Part shown: positions 50,018 to 62,232 of the stretch, one piece after another
Layout of the letters: every line of letters starts with the position of its first letter
How positions within the stretch are numbered: position 1 is the first letter of the stretch
Source of the DNA: Callorhinchus milii
Taxonomy: Eukaryota
DNA length: 64,000 nucleotides
NCBI RefSeq assembly: GCF_018977255.1
Contig: NW_024704742.1
Location: forward strand, 61,444,001-61,508,000
Direction of reading: 5' to 3'
Made by a program: the position numbers and the translations under genes
The notes under the pieces: generated by a model
What the model was told of the DNA's origin: nothing
Seen by the model: only the letters and a program-made list of their open reading frames with translations
Database searches by the model: none

Positions 50018-50849
50018 GAGCATCAGGTCAGTAGCACTGGCTGCCGTGATGAAAGGTTACCTGGGAGCCGGCAACCTGATTATTATTATTTGCAATTTAT
50101 CTTTGAAAACACAGAATTAATTGTTTCCTTTACGAATATACACAGGAACATTTCAACAAGAAATGGAGCTGGAAGAGATGAATTAATCTTTTGCATATTT
50201 ATTAAGCTCTGCACATAGCTGACTTCCAGGGAGTCTTTATAAATCGAGCCATTGAGACATGCTGTGCTGGTTAGATGGAATTGAGCTCTGCAAGACAATT
50301 GGAAGCCTCATAAGAATACTTTGCAATCGATTGATCTTTGAATTTGAGAAACAAGTTACTGCAATCAAATATCAACACAATTGTCGTGAAGATAGTTCCT
50401 TTCAATGTGCTGGCCAATATTCCTCCAGATAAAATTGATCATGCACTTCATGACTGGTTGTTGGACATTTCGGTGTGCAAATTGGCTGCCACATTCACAA
50501 ATACATAGTTTACAGTAATATTTCTGTAAATCACTTCAAGAGGTTCGAAGATGCAATAAGGCACTATATCAAATGAAGAAATTATTATTATTAATAAAAA
50601 ATATACCTATAGAAATTAATTTTGTGATGTTTTATTTACTGATTCTGCAACTTAAGTGGCTCGGATTACTTCTGGGGCTGCAGGCTGCAGGAAACATACC
50701 TTCTGATCGAAATACTTTAAAAAGAATATTGTTGATTGCTTCAGATGGTTTACCATGACCATATTGCATAAGGCAGTCACAAACCAAACAAGCGGTACAC
50801 TGCTCTGCTTATGTCACGACTTGTAATATTCTTTGTAAAATACTTTGCT

Positions 50850-51200
50850 AGCTACAACATAAGGAAGCTGCCAGGTCTAGCGGAGGTATAGAGGAGAAAA
50901 CATGACTGATATCAAATGTTATAGATGAGCTATGAGGAATGATTGGATAATCAAGTTATATTTCTTAAGACTTCGAAGGAGACACTTCAGACAGCATTAC
51001 AAATGATGCATATATTGGATAAAGAATGCAACCCAAATTTTCAGATACACCAAGGCAGTAGGACAGATTAGTGAACAACAATTTAGAGCAGACTCCATGA
51101 AGTATTTCTCTTCACAGAGGCTGATCAATGCCTGTAACTGGTTACCAAAGAGGATGATTGAGACTAGGACACAGGAGTCTTTTAACATACAGCTTGATAT
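50850..51200 (+). mobile_element. CR1 ORF2 3' fragment
   Basis: gaggtatagaggagaaaa..gagctatgaggaatgattg (LSYEERL-like), ttcacagaggctgatcaatgcctgtaac. Confidence 0.6.
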
Positions 51201-51204
51201 TATT

Positions 51205-51360
51205 GAATCCTGCAGGCTATAGCCCCAATGAATCGTAGCTGGACAAGCAGCAGAAAGCTTGCCAGACAGTGCTTTCAATAGCAAGCTGCTTTCAATAGTT
51301 TTACCTGGTTAAACTCCAGCAGTACCCCCAACACACACTCTGAGGCCCCAAACCCTGAAG
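51205..51360. mobile_element. Unclassified family fragment (opposite orientation to 63615-64000)
   Basis: gccccaatg..gctggacaagcag..gacagtgctttcaatagcaag matches the reverse complement of 63700-63810 and 61070-61145 directly. Confidence 0.65.
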
Positions 51361-51364
51361 CCAA

Positions 51365-51615
51365 GGTAAACCAAAGTCCTGTCTGCCTGTTCAGGTAGAC
51401 ATTAAAGATCTCATGGCACTATTTGAAAAGAAAAGGGGATTTTGTCCCAATGTCCTGGCCAACAAATCCCCCAAATAAAATTACTTTGCACATATTGGCT
51501 GCCGTGTTTAGCCACAAAATACACATTCAATCCACTTTACAGTATATCCACTGAAGCTCTTTAAGAAGTCTCGATGATGGGATAACGCACTATATCAAGC
51601 ACGATGATTATTATT
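51365..51615 (+). mobile_element. Deu-SINE 3' two-thirds
   Basis: gtcctgtctgcctgttcaggtagacattaaagatctcatggcactatttg. Confidence 0.75.
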
Positions 51616-52249
51616 TATTTCATAATCTTTGAGGATTCAACTGTATTCATGTCTGACTAGAAAAGAGCAAAGTCTCACTTCAAAATGGTGGCTGAAATTC
51701 TCATTTCAACGGAGGTTATTGTTCCAATCAGTAACAATGTAAGGATGCTTGTCGAGTCTAGAAAATTTGCGTTGATATCCTCGGATATCCCAAAAATTCA
51801 CATTATCTGAAAAAGATTAAAGGAACGACCCTATTCAAGAGAAAATCATTTGAGATCAGTTTTACTCAAGAAGCAATTTACCACAATATTACAACTGTTG
51901 AATGAAATAGAAACAGGGTAAGATGAAATTCTGAATGGAGCAATTTAAATGCATATTTTTGTAGGTGAATTGAATTTATTCCAGTGAAATAAAATGCTCT
52001 TGATTCCCTCTGAATGATTATTCTGTGAAATATTAAATGACTTATTTTACTTGCAACAAAGGATTGTCTGTAAATTTTATCAGGTTTAAAATACAGTGCT
52101 CCATTGCTTATTTCCTCTCTGTTTAAAAAACTGCAGAAATAATGGGGTGTGAAATTGCGATGCTTTGTTACAGTTTTGATAGTTAAACAACATGGCAGTC
52201 AAGTTAACTGTGGGAAAAAAACCTTTGGGAAAACTTTTATTCTGAAGTC

Positions 52250-52630
52250 CAGTCTTGAAAAGAGACAGACATCTCAGGTGGCATCTTATATAGAGATGTA
52301 TAACATTTTAAAATGGGATTGAGAAAATAGATCCAGGATAATACTCCAGGATGCACCAAGACAGTAGAACAAGAGGATACATGTTTAAGGATACAAAGCG
52401 CAATTTCAGGACAGACATCAGGAAGTATTTATCGATCCAGAGGGTAATTAACAGCTGCAACAGGTTGCCAGGAAGGTTGGTGGAGGCCATAACACTGTAT
52501 CCATTTAATAAACAGCTCAATGCTGTACTAGGATGTGTTAAAGTGGTGTTAATGTGGAATGTTCTGGAGAGATAAGATCAGATAGGCTATAGGGTTTTAT
52601 TGATCTGAATCAATCTTGTGATCCTGTGAG
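52250..52630 (+). mobile_element. CR1 LINE 3' end
   Basis: DSRTRGYMFK..FRTDIRKYLSIQRVINSCNRLP..VEA; tail tcttgtgatcctgtga. Confidence 0.8.
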
Positions 52631-53004
52631 GTATTAAGGTACTAAAGTACTGCAGCTGTCAGTAAGGTCTGTGGCTTTTATTAAATATCCCGCAGGATAT
52701 AATTTCAAAAGCTGCAGGAAAACAATATTTTATCATTTAAGTTTTTTTTTCAGCTCATATGATATGTAATCTAAAATGCTCACAAACCAAATTTATAGAA
52801 ATAATTTATCAATATGTTCCAACTCTCTCAAAAATGTTCTTGTGTATTTTCATTTCGAGATTCTGCCAAATAATTCCTGCAGGTCCACAAAGAAATGAGG
52901 TCATCAATGTCTCTGGTATTAAATTATCTGTTAAACTATTGTAATTGTTTAACTACCTTTGGGATTTACTTCACAACAACAACAATTCACATTTATGTAG
53001 TGTC

Positions 53005-53215
53005 TAAAGGGCACGTGGAATCATGGAAGAGGTAGCAGAATGGATTAAAGAACAGTTAGCAAACTGAAAGGGGAGAAATTATGGGTATCTTCTCAGGCTG
53101 GCAAAAGGTAGGAAATGTATTCCACAGGGATCCGTGTTAAGACCATTACTGTGCACCATATAAATAAATGAGTTGGATTCAAGCATAAAAGGCATAGTGT
53201 CAAAATTGCCAGTGG
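53005..53215 (+). mobile_element. CR1 RT fragment
   Basis: attccacagggatccgtgttaagaccattactgtgcaccatataaataaatgagttgg = IPQGSVLxPLL..I*INELD. Confidence 0.7.
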
Positions 53216-53764
53216 ACAGTGAGAGGTTTATGATGTCTGTGAGTAGAAGGGCAAGAGGAGGAGCTGGCAATTAGACAATTCTCCATGGGCTATGATTGAA
53301 ATGCTTTACATTGGTTCACAAATCATTGTAAATGTTAAATGTACAATGCATTGGTAGAGAGAGAAAGAGAATTGAGGTGTAGAATAGACATTAATCTGTG
53401 GGAAAAGCCTCATTTCAAGAGATTGTTCAGCTAATCAAAGACAGTGTGTTGTGAGTTTTTGAAGAGCCCTATTGGGTCAGGCTTGGGTGACACTTTTTGG
53501 CAATCCACTAATGCTCAAAAAGAGTATTGAAAAAGTAGAGATTCCCAACAGTATATATCAGTAACGACTCAGTCACTAACAAAGAATCTGTTGTAGGCCT
53601 GGCTTAATTTTTCCAGTGTTTGAGAATTGCTTCACAAGACAGTAATTGAGTTCAGTTGGCAACTTATTTTTAGCCGTGCTCAAATACTTGTCTTCAAGAT
53701 TGGGAGCATCAGTGGAGTGGAGGTTTGTTTGAGTTTAACCGTTGTGCTGAGACCAGGGCAATGG

Positions 53765-54010
53765 TCCTCTCCCCTCTAACCCCTCTTTCTCTCCCCTTCC
53801 TCTTTCAACCTCTTCGCCTCGCCTCCCCCCTCTTTCTCTCCTCTCTCTCTATACCCCTCTCTCCCCCATCGCTCTTCACCCCTCTCTCTGTCTCCCTCCT
53901 CTCCAACTCACATCTCTCTCGACCCTTCCACTCTCCCCCTTTCTCTCCCCACCCCTCCTCTCTCCCACTCATCCCCATGTCTCAATCCCTCTCTCCCCCC
54001 ATCTCTCCCC
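53765..54010. repeat. CT-rich low-complexity tract
   Basis: Polypyrimidine ctctcccc repeats. Confidence 0.8.
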
Positions 54011-54219
54011 CAAGCGCGGGTCACTATCTGCAGTGGCAGGAGCGGGCAGTTAGTTGGTAAGGATGTAGTTGGTAAGAGACGCATTTGCCTGACAGGCAGG
54101 CAGGCAGACAGACAGACAGCAAAGGCTCTGACGCTTGGTCCTCCCAACCCCCGGCTCCGGCCACTGCCCTGGGAGGACATTCACAAGGGAGGGTGGGAGC
54201 AGGTTGAAATGTTGGATAT

Positions 54220-54335
54220 GGTCTCAGGCCACATGTGGCCCAGGGGCCACCTGCTGCCCCGGCTGGATATGGCCCGGGGACCTTTCTCAAATAGGGAATG
54301 TGGCCCATGGCAGCCAAGAGGTTCGACCCCCCCTG
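54220..54335. mobile_element. hAT/Charlie-type (MER30-like) MITE end; partner TIR not found
   Basis: aatgtggcccatggcagccaagaggttcgacccccctg resembles the remembered MER30 end; internal ggccacatgtggcc palindrome. Confidence 0.5.
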
Positions 54336-54767
54336 GACTAAATCATTCCATCTTTTCGTTCCCCTTGATTCACTCACTGGTGACATTACTTTCTGAGAGT
54401 GTTTCTGGTTTGCCAGCATTGCAGTCCATATTCATTTCATTGATTCCATTTCTGCATATAATAAAAAAAGTCTTCTCCTGATCTTTCAGAATTTTTAATT
54501 TCGTAAGAGTTTGGTAGCTTTGAGCAATTGTGTTAATCTGAATTTTGACCGCTCCAAAGAACATTATTAGCTCCCGAATTTTGCCTTGTGAAATTAAATA
54601 ACAAGAACTATGAGGGAAGGAAATAAGAAGTCTCAAACTATACAGCCTTAGCAGACTGTGAAATAGGTATTCAATTGGATATAGCAAGGAATTTCCATGC
54701 ATCCTAAACACAAATTAATGGACACCAGAAGAGTAATCTCATGACTAGCGCAGATGATGGAAGTAAA

Positions 54768-55005
54768 AATAATAATTATTCCATTTGGTATCATCTTTCA
54801 TATCAGGAGAACATCTCAAAGAGCTTCACATGATTCACTGCGCAGTGGAGTGACTATATTTGTAGGCGAACATGACAGACAGACGGCTCCTCCAACAATG
54901 CATTGGAGTGACAGCCTAGATGATGTGAGTTCAAATCCTGATGTGGGACTCAAACTTACAACCTTCTGACTCAGATGCGAGCATGCTATCAATTGAGCCA
55001 AGCTG
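54768..55005 (-). mobile_element. Internally deleted Deu-SINE
   Basis: Tail, then agacggctcctccaacaatgca..accttctgactcagatgcgagcatgctatcaattgagccaagctga. Confidence 0.7.
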
Positions 55006-55589
55006 AAATAACAAGAACCCGTTTTAAAAAAAAATCTGGAGGTTGAGATAATAATTCTGAAATCATTCCCTTTCCGAGTCCTCTTTTCTCAATGGCATAT
55101 GTTTTGATGGAAGCTGAGAAACCAGTGTCCACCACATGATGGGCGATGGGTTCCTCGTTTAATGGTGAAACAACCGTGAAATGATTACTGAAAGTTAATT
55201 AAGTGATAATCCACTGATGATTAAAGGGAAGCAATGCAGTATGAATAGAGTCAGAAATATTAAAGATGGTCTATCCAGGTGTTTCAACACTCCCGCATTG
55301 ATGAAAATTTCCCTCATCAGGATTCCAATTGTCTTCCTTGTGCTGTTAATCCCCAGTTTTGTATTTTCTATTATGTTCATCCTCCAGTGAGACAGAACCA
55401 AGAAAACTAAATGAAGGCAAAGTTATCAGTGTCCACAGGCATGAGTCAAACCAGCCTGCGAAACCAAGACCTGCCTGCCTGTTTAGGTGGACATGAAAGA
55501 TCCTATGGCACTATTTGAAAAATGAAGGGAGACTTAATGTCAACATGTCTTAAATAAGAGCAGAATGAAATGTTCTACCCCACTCCTCT

Positions 55590-55895
55590 GGCTGGCCCCT
55601 ATGCTTATCTGGCGCAGGCCTGTTACGTATCTCTCGATCCCTCTGCACCACCAATTTTGGCTGTGCTTCAGCTGCTACATCCTTAGCCTCTGGATATCTT
55701 AACCCTGCCTCAGTGCCTCCAGCTCACCTCCTCTTATTCTATCTATAATTCCCACCTGAAGGTCTAATTCTTTGACAGCACTTGTAGCCACCATCCTCCT
55801 TATTCTCTTGCTTGGAATCCAACTCCACCACTGTGTAGTGCTCTGAGATGCTATCCTGCATGAAGGGCGGTATATGATTGCAATTGTTGTATTGT
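55590..55895 (+). mobile_element. L2 3' end (type B)
   Basis: ctccaccactgtgtagtgctctgagatgctatcctgcatgaagggcggtata. Confidence 0.7.
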
Positions 55896-56869
55896 CAACA
55901 AGCAAACAATCCAAATGTTTGTTTCTTTCCAGTTATCCTTTTGAGGCTGTACTGAACCTCAGACTGTTCTATTTAACAGCATAATATTCTCTGTGGAATT
56001 TTTGTTTTATGTCCAAATGCCTCACTGCATTTTGAACATGTAGAATTTTAATTTCCGGTTCATATGTTAGGTGAAACATTTTGTCAGCGGGGATGCTTGC
56101 AATCTGTTCAATATGGGCAGCTAAATTGCGTGTTTGAATAGCCTTGTGAAACACCTGCCCTTATTTTCTGGTGCTAAATCGGTAAATTTCTTCTGAATAG
56201 ACAGTAATTCTGTTATGAGTTAACAGGGTATGAAGGTAGAATAAATACTGGGCATTGTAATGGTTTAAATATGAATGTTTCAAAAAGGAAGTACAATTAT
56301 TTACAATGGGAGAAAAATTATCAAGTCAAGTGTGTCTTGTTGCTTACACAGGATAATTGATAAGCCCTTGTACAATATGTTTCTATACTCATTAGTGTGA
56401 CTCTGCAATGTTATGCTCTCCAGCCTCAGCTTCAATAGTTAAAGAAGGTGTGAAATTCTCAGCATTTCATCTGCTGTCAGCGAGCCCAGAAAACCTCATT
56501 ATAGCTCCCACATTATAAACTCAGAATATATGTTGCAGCCAACAGCAAGACTAATTCATGTAAGTCAACCGAGGCTGTTGGCATCACAAGTCAAAGTTGT
56601 GCAATTAGTGGTTCTAAGCATGTACGTTTAAATTCAGAATTAATTCCCATTACTTTGTATCTGCAGTATACAACGTCGTTCTTCCAAAAGGGAACTAATT
56701 AGATGCTTGAAAAAGAGATGAACCAAAGGGTATCATTAAAACAGCCAATATTTTTTTTCTAACTTTATCCTACGTTTACTCATAACAGAGTTACTAGCTA
56801 TTCAGGAGAATTTGACAACTTGGAAATAGTGGGAAGCTTGTCACACTGTGATCTCATTGGTAAACGGTG

Positions 56870-56960
56870 CTGTTTAAATTCCACCAGTAATCCATCTCAA
56901 CGCACACTCTGAGGTGCGAAAGCCTTGGCTCTTTCCAGCCTGCACTATAAACTCTCTGGA
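56870..56960. mobile_element. Unclassified family fragment
   Basis: ctcaacgcacactctgaggtgcgaaagccttggctctttccagcctgcac matches the reverse complement of 21648-21700. Confidence 0.6.
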
Positions 56961-57229
56961 ATTAAGTAAATGGGGTACATTCCTCCAGGATCCATTTCAG
57001 ACATAGTGCCTGACAGCCAAGAAAAAGTACCTAATCCAATTAGAGGCCGAGATATCTCATGATCTTACTCAAGACATTTCCTTAACATTTAAGGATTGTG
57101 GGTGAATTTTTGAGAGTTCTTAAATTCTGATGCCAATTTTCTACCTTATTTTTAAGATCAAATTAATAAATTGAGCAACCTTATTTTTTTAAAAAAGGAT
57201 CTCCTTCCTCTTTCTTTAAACCTAAATGT

Positions 57230-57480
57230 TTAACTACATAGGTCACTACTTGCCTCCCAGGGTTCTCTCTATAAACTATGGCTTTAAATATCTATGTGTT
57301 TTGCCTTGAATTACTGTGGATCTACCTGGAGTGTCTGCTGGAATCTAGAATCTCTTGCCATTCCCCACCCCCTCTCCTGCAGATACGTGTAGACATGGTG
57401 GTGTACTCATTTTTTCAAGCATCAAAGAGTGAAATCCTGAGTTTACCCACTTTGAACAGCTTGGCCACATCTCTGTGATG
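57230..57480 (-). mobile_element. CR1 3' fragment
   Basis: gccttgaattactgtggatctacc..gaatctcttgccattccccacc..gaaatcctgagtttacc. Confidence 0.45.
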
Positions 57481-58647
57481 TTGGAAAGGTTGCATTTGGC
57501 TTGAATTCTGACAGGTGAACTCAGGTCATTTGAAAACATCCAGCAAACTTGATGATTTTAAAACTGTTAATGGACAAATTGATTCCAGGAAATAACAGAA
57601 TGATTACCAATCAGGATTATCCATATAATACTAATGCTTTATCAAAGCATTTAAGACATATTGGAATGAAAGCAGAGCTCTCATTTAAATTTAAAACCAC
57701 ACTACAGCTACGCAAATAAAAGCCATTTACAGGACCACAAAATGATACAGGAGTTATTTGATTTTGGGATTAGATGATAAAGGTCATTTTAGAATCCCTG
57801 TTAATGTTCCTTGGCAACAAATGGCACGTTCAGATCCAGACTTGAAAGGCCATGGTTAATGTGTTGTTTGACACAATGGATAAGTGAGAGAAACCATTGG
57901 ACAGTTGACAAACCAGGAATGCGTATTCGGGGCCTTTTTTTGTTTTAATTTCCTCTTTTATGTTAAGCGAACGCTTAGATTTTTAGAGGTGACTTAAATT
58001 GCAAGGAAGCAAAGATGGGAGACTCCCTTTTCAGATAGATAAAGCAAGGAGAGACTTGTTTTACTTCAGAAATCAAGTGAAAGAGAGCATGAGAAAAAAA
58101 AGAGGCGGAAAGAGAGCAAGACAAAACAGAGAAATATAATGAATTTTAACTTAGTATTTTGTTTTTGAGTCCTTGAACCAAGAAGTGATTTTACCTCCAG
58201 ATTTTTACTTTCAGAATCATTTTTAGGTCACTATCTGGTAATGACATGTGTAATCGGTATTCTCGGGGCTACAATTTAAACTTGGTCGGTATTCCCCAAA
58301 TAAAATCCCAGGATCCGTGTAACAGCAAAATCCAAAGATTCAATAGCTGCAGAAAACGTCTCTTTGATGAAAAACATTTTAATTGATTTGAAATAATATT
58401 TCTCTTGTTGTAGCTATCATTGAATATTCTGCATGAGGGCACTATATACATGCAAGTTGTTACCCTATAACCAGGGGCAATAGAAAATCGCGGAAATATT
58501 TGCCCAAAATTGTGGGAAGATTTGACAAATTTTGCAGAAAATTGCAGGGGGTTGATTGGTACTATTCAGGTACATTTTACTGCCAGTCTACATTGTTTCA
58601 CTTTATTAATAAAAACTAAACATGAAGAAGTTTTGGGAGGGGACGGG

Positions 58648-58885
58648 ACACACACACACACAAGCCCACTACCGCACGCAGACAAAGAGACTCAGAGACA
58701 CACACACACACAGATATATGCAAACACAGAGGCACACACACAGACATATACAGACACAGAGGCACACACATATATATATATATACACACAGACCCAGAGA
58801 GAGGGGCACACACACGTATATATATATACACACACACAGAGAGACAGAAAGAGAGACACACACTCACTGACACAGAGACACATAC
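58648..58885. repeat. Compound (CA)/(TA)/(GA) microsatellite
   Basis: acacacac, tatatata and gagacaca blocks. Confidence 0.85.
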
Positions 58886-58887
58886 TC

Positions 58888-59543
58888 ACAGTAACAGCAC
58901 AGCCCCACCCACAGTAACCGCACAGCCCCGCCCGCAGTAACCGCACAGCCCCGCCCGCAGTAACCGCACAGCCCCGCCCGCAGTAACAGCACAGCCCCGC
59001 CCGCAGTGACCGCACAGCCCCGCCCGCAGTGACCGCACAGCCCCGCCCGCAGTAACCGCACAGCCCCGCCCGCAGTAACCGCACAGCCCCGCCCGCAGTA
59101 ACCGCACAGCCCCGCCCGCAGTAACCGCACAGCCCCGCCCGCAGTAACCGCACAGCCCCGCCCGCAGTAACCGCACAGCCCGCAGTGACAGCCCAGCCCG
59201 CAGTGACAGCACAGCCCCACCCGCAGTGACAGCACAGCCCCGCCCGCAGTGACAGCACAGCCCCGCCCGCAGTGACAGCACAGCCCCGCCCGCTGTGACA
59301 GGCCAGCCCCACCCGCAGTGACAGGCCAGCCCCACCCGCAGTGACAGCACAGCCCCGCCCGCAGTGACAGCACAGCCCCGCCCGCAGTGACAGCCCCGCC
59401 CGCAGTGACAGCACAGCCCCCCCGCAGTGACAGCACAGCCCCGCCCTCAGTGACAGCACAGCCCCGCCTGCAGTGACAGCCCAGCCCCGCCCGCAGTGAC
59501 AGCACAGCCCCGCCCGCAGTGACAGCACAGCCCCGCCCGCAGT
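58888..59543. repeat. GC-rich 23-bp minisatellite, ~28-29 units, a GC box in most units
   Basis: Unit cagt(a/g)ac(c/a)gcacagccccgcccg; the 23-aa periodicity in the ORF track equals 3 units. Confidence 0.95.
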
Positions 59544-59602
59544 AGCGTCGAGCAAACAGCCAGCAGCACCCAGGGACAAGGAACCTTCCTTTTTTTTTAC
59601 AG

Positions 59603-59841
59603 ATGTTAAGCGGAGAGCGTTTGTATTTAGCGGAGGGTGCTGCTTATAATGGATTCTGAGGAAAAATTGTGACTGCACTTTTCTATTGGCCCAGGCTATA
59701 ACACTCCAGTTATCTCCATTGAGGCTTCTCCTTTGAAGGGAACTGAACAGTGTCTTCTGGGTTGAGCTATTGTATCCCAATACACCTAGTGAAGAAAGAA
59801 GAAGCTGAAATTTTGTGAGGAATATTTTGTTTTCTGATCAG
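59603..59841 (+). other. Candidate non-coding (5'UTR-like) exon
   Basis: Acceptor ccttccttttttttttacag| at 59602 and donor cag|gtgaga at 59842; no repeat recognised inside; the ATG at 59603 opens only an 18-codon ORF. Confidence 0.3.
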
Positions 59842-60529
59842 GTGAGAGAATGCAGAAACCCATTGCCACGCTGGAAAGTATCCGAACAAGACTGTGAGTT
59901 CCCATTTATTTTGGAGTTTATTGTCTAGAGGACTGAGAGAATCACCCTTCTCTTTTCAAATAAATACTTTGATCTAGAGTTGATTAAATAAAGGTTAATA
60001 ATAATCCTTACAATTGAGATTGTGCCTTATCTCATCGGGGAGACTCTCTAAAGCGTCACAGAATCTATTGTAATGTGTAGTGACTGTATTGGTATTTCTA
60101 AGATACTGCTTCTTAATCATTTTAATAATGTTTATACTATGCACTCGAGTGTTCTTCAGTGAGTTAATATGCTTCCCAGGAGGCAATTTTTTGAACAAAA
60201 TGTAATTGCAAGTATATTTTACTCTCATAAACTACATTACCTCTGGTAATTGGCAGAGACATTGGAATTATCCAATTATTTTTCTTTGATCATACTCCAT
60301 TGGTATAAATGCAAATTGTTAAGAGTAATTGGAATCACTAATGAACTATTCAGAAGCTCTTGCTACAATGGCCAGCTCAATGTAAGGCTCATTTCACAAT
60401 CTAAGATCTACAATTGTGAGAGGTATGGATATCTTTTTATTGCCTACGTTTAGTGATATTATTCAAAGTGAATACCACCAAATTGCACAATGGATTCCTT
60501 TTAGAAAGTCAAACTGGTGGCCAATACAT

Positions 60530-61270
60530 TGACATATATGGAAACCCATTACCATGCTTAATAGAATCCAACTGTGTGGTTCACAAATGCATGCTACCTA
60601 CATATGGTTGATTTGATTCCAACATTTCATTTCCAAGCATGTCACCTAGGACCCAATTTAGCTCCAATGGAGCCCCCACTTACCTCCACTCCAAGTCACT
60701 GGTTAGTCATTTTACATCTGACACACACAAGTTTGATACTCACCAGCGGATAACAGGTACCAGGAATTCCCTGCAAGATTCCTAGTGAGAAGTATGAGGG
60801 AGAATATTGCCAACATCTTCCTGCCACATTTCATCTGTTCAAAGTGCAGAGCTTCAGCAACAGCTGCCTACCTCTCTGCATACCAATCTTGTTGGGGGAG
60901 GAATCACGTCAATCTATCCTAACCTCAATAGTTCAGTTCCTGAGTCAGATGTATCCGCAGGCCTTGAGGACATGATTGACACAGACCATCTATCCTAGCT
61001 TATCGGCAGGAATTGGAGGGGCAGACTGGAAACAGAAATCTTCCCATTTAGTTCCAAGGTGCACAAGCAGCAAGACGCTTGCTTTCAATGCAAGCTGTCC
61101 AGTTTTAGCTGGTCAACAACCAGGAATACCCCATCACATACTGGGGAAAGATTACACTTTCCAATTGCAGACGCAGGGAAATTCCCATGTGAGAGTGCCC
61201 TGCTTATGTGAAACTCAGTCTGGTTTGGATAGTCTTAATCATGGCAATGGGTTTCCACATTAACTGTCAC
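60530..61270. mobile_element. Unclassified ~740-bp element with long imperfect inverted ends
   Basis: tggaaacccattaccatgcttaa (60539-60561) vs ttaatcatggcaatgggtttcca (61235-61257): 21/23 complementary, with weaker pairing over ~80 bp. Confidence 0.7.
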
Positions 61271-61614
61271 CTGACTGATCTCAAAAAAGGTGGATGACAA
61301 GCCCTATCTGGCAGTTTCCCCATCCCCTTCCAGGTGCCTCCTGCCAACTCCCCCCGAACATCACTCGGGTACCGAATCCAGAGACTCTCATTGTAGAGTC
61401 AGAATTGATTAGCATTAACAAATCACTTTTTCTTTATTCTTTTAAATTTAAAAAAAACATTTCTTCTTTCAGGGTAAACTCACAGGAATGTTCACCCTGC
61501 TGTGCCTCTTTTCTTGTGATGTTGGAGATCTGAAACATTTACCATATGTAGATTTAAATTTTAAAAATTGCAATACTTCAACTCACATAAATTGGCACTT
61601 TGTTTGATGTCATG

Positions 61615-61760
61615 TTACTTCTTAACCCAGGGAATCTGAAGCAAATCATAGCACAGCACTGGTGTCCCTTCAGAGATGAACCAACTTAACACAAGGGATT
61701 AGACCTTGGATGCTTGGAATCTGTTTGGCTAAATGCCATCCCACATTGTTTTAGACCCCA
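61615..61760 (-). mobile_element. AmnSINE2-like 5' fragment (family recalled from memory)
   Basis: ctgaagcaaatcatagcac..gagatgaaccaacttaacacaagggattagaccttggatgc..tctgtttggct. Confidence 0.4.
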
Positions 61761-62232
61761 GAAATGTTAAATGGCACACTACTGTGAAAAGTGCATGTTA
61801 GAATGAATCACTTAACTACTCCTGCCACTCTCTACAGTATAAACCAACATTGATGTTTAGTGAGGGAACATCATTCAACATTCACATTTTCAATCTTTTG
61901 AAGCCTGTATTCAAGTCTCACTGTAGTTATTGAGTGCAGATACCAGAAGTGGTATTAATACATTGACAGAAAAATGGAAGATTCTTTTACAGCACACTTA
62001 CTTGTCACAATTATTAAAGCAATGACATATCAAAGACCCTGTCATATTATCTTTTAGTATGCCTAAAAACACTATCATGCATATTATTTTTTAAATAATT
62101 TATTTTAAACACCTAACCTTTACTAATATGGACTTTCTTGATGGAAATTGCTCATTCCCAAACAGATTGTTTCAATTATTTTAACCACCACCCTTCATTA
62201 CAATATCTCGAAAGCATAACTCCTCTTCTATA

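Noticed and set aside
58692..59780. 362-aa ORF and overlapping 213-aa and 154-aa Cys/Gly-rich ORFs
   Set aside because: Translation of the 23-bp minisatellite and TG repeats; open in all three minus frames with the same periodic peptide
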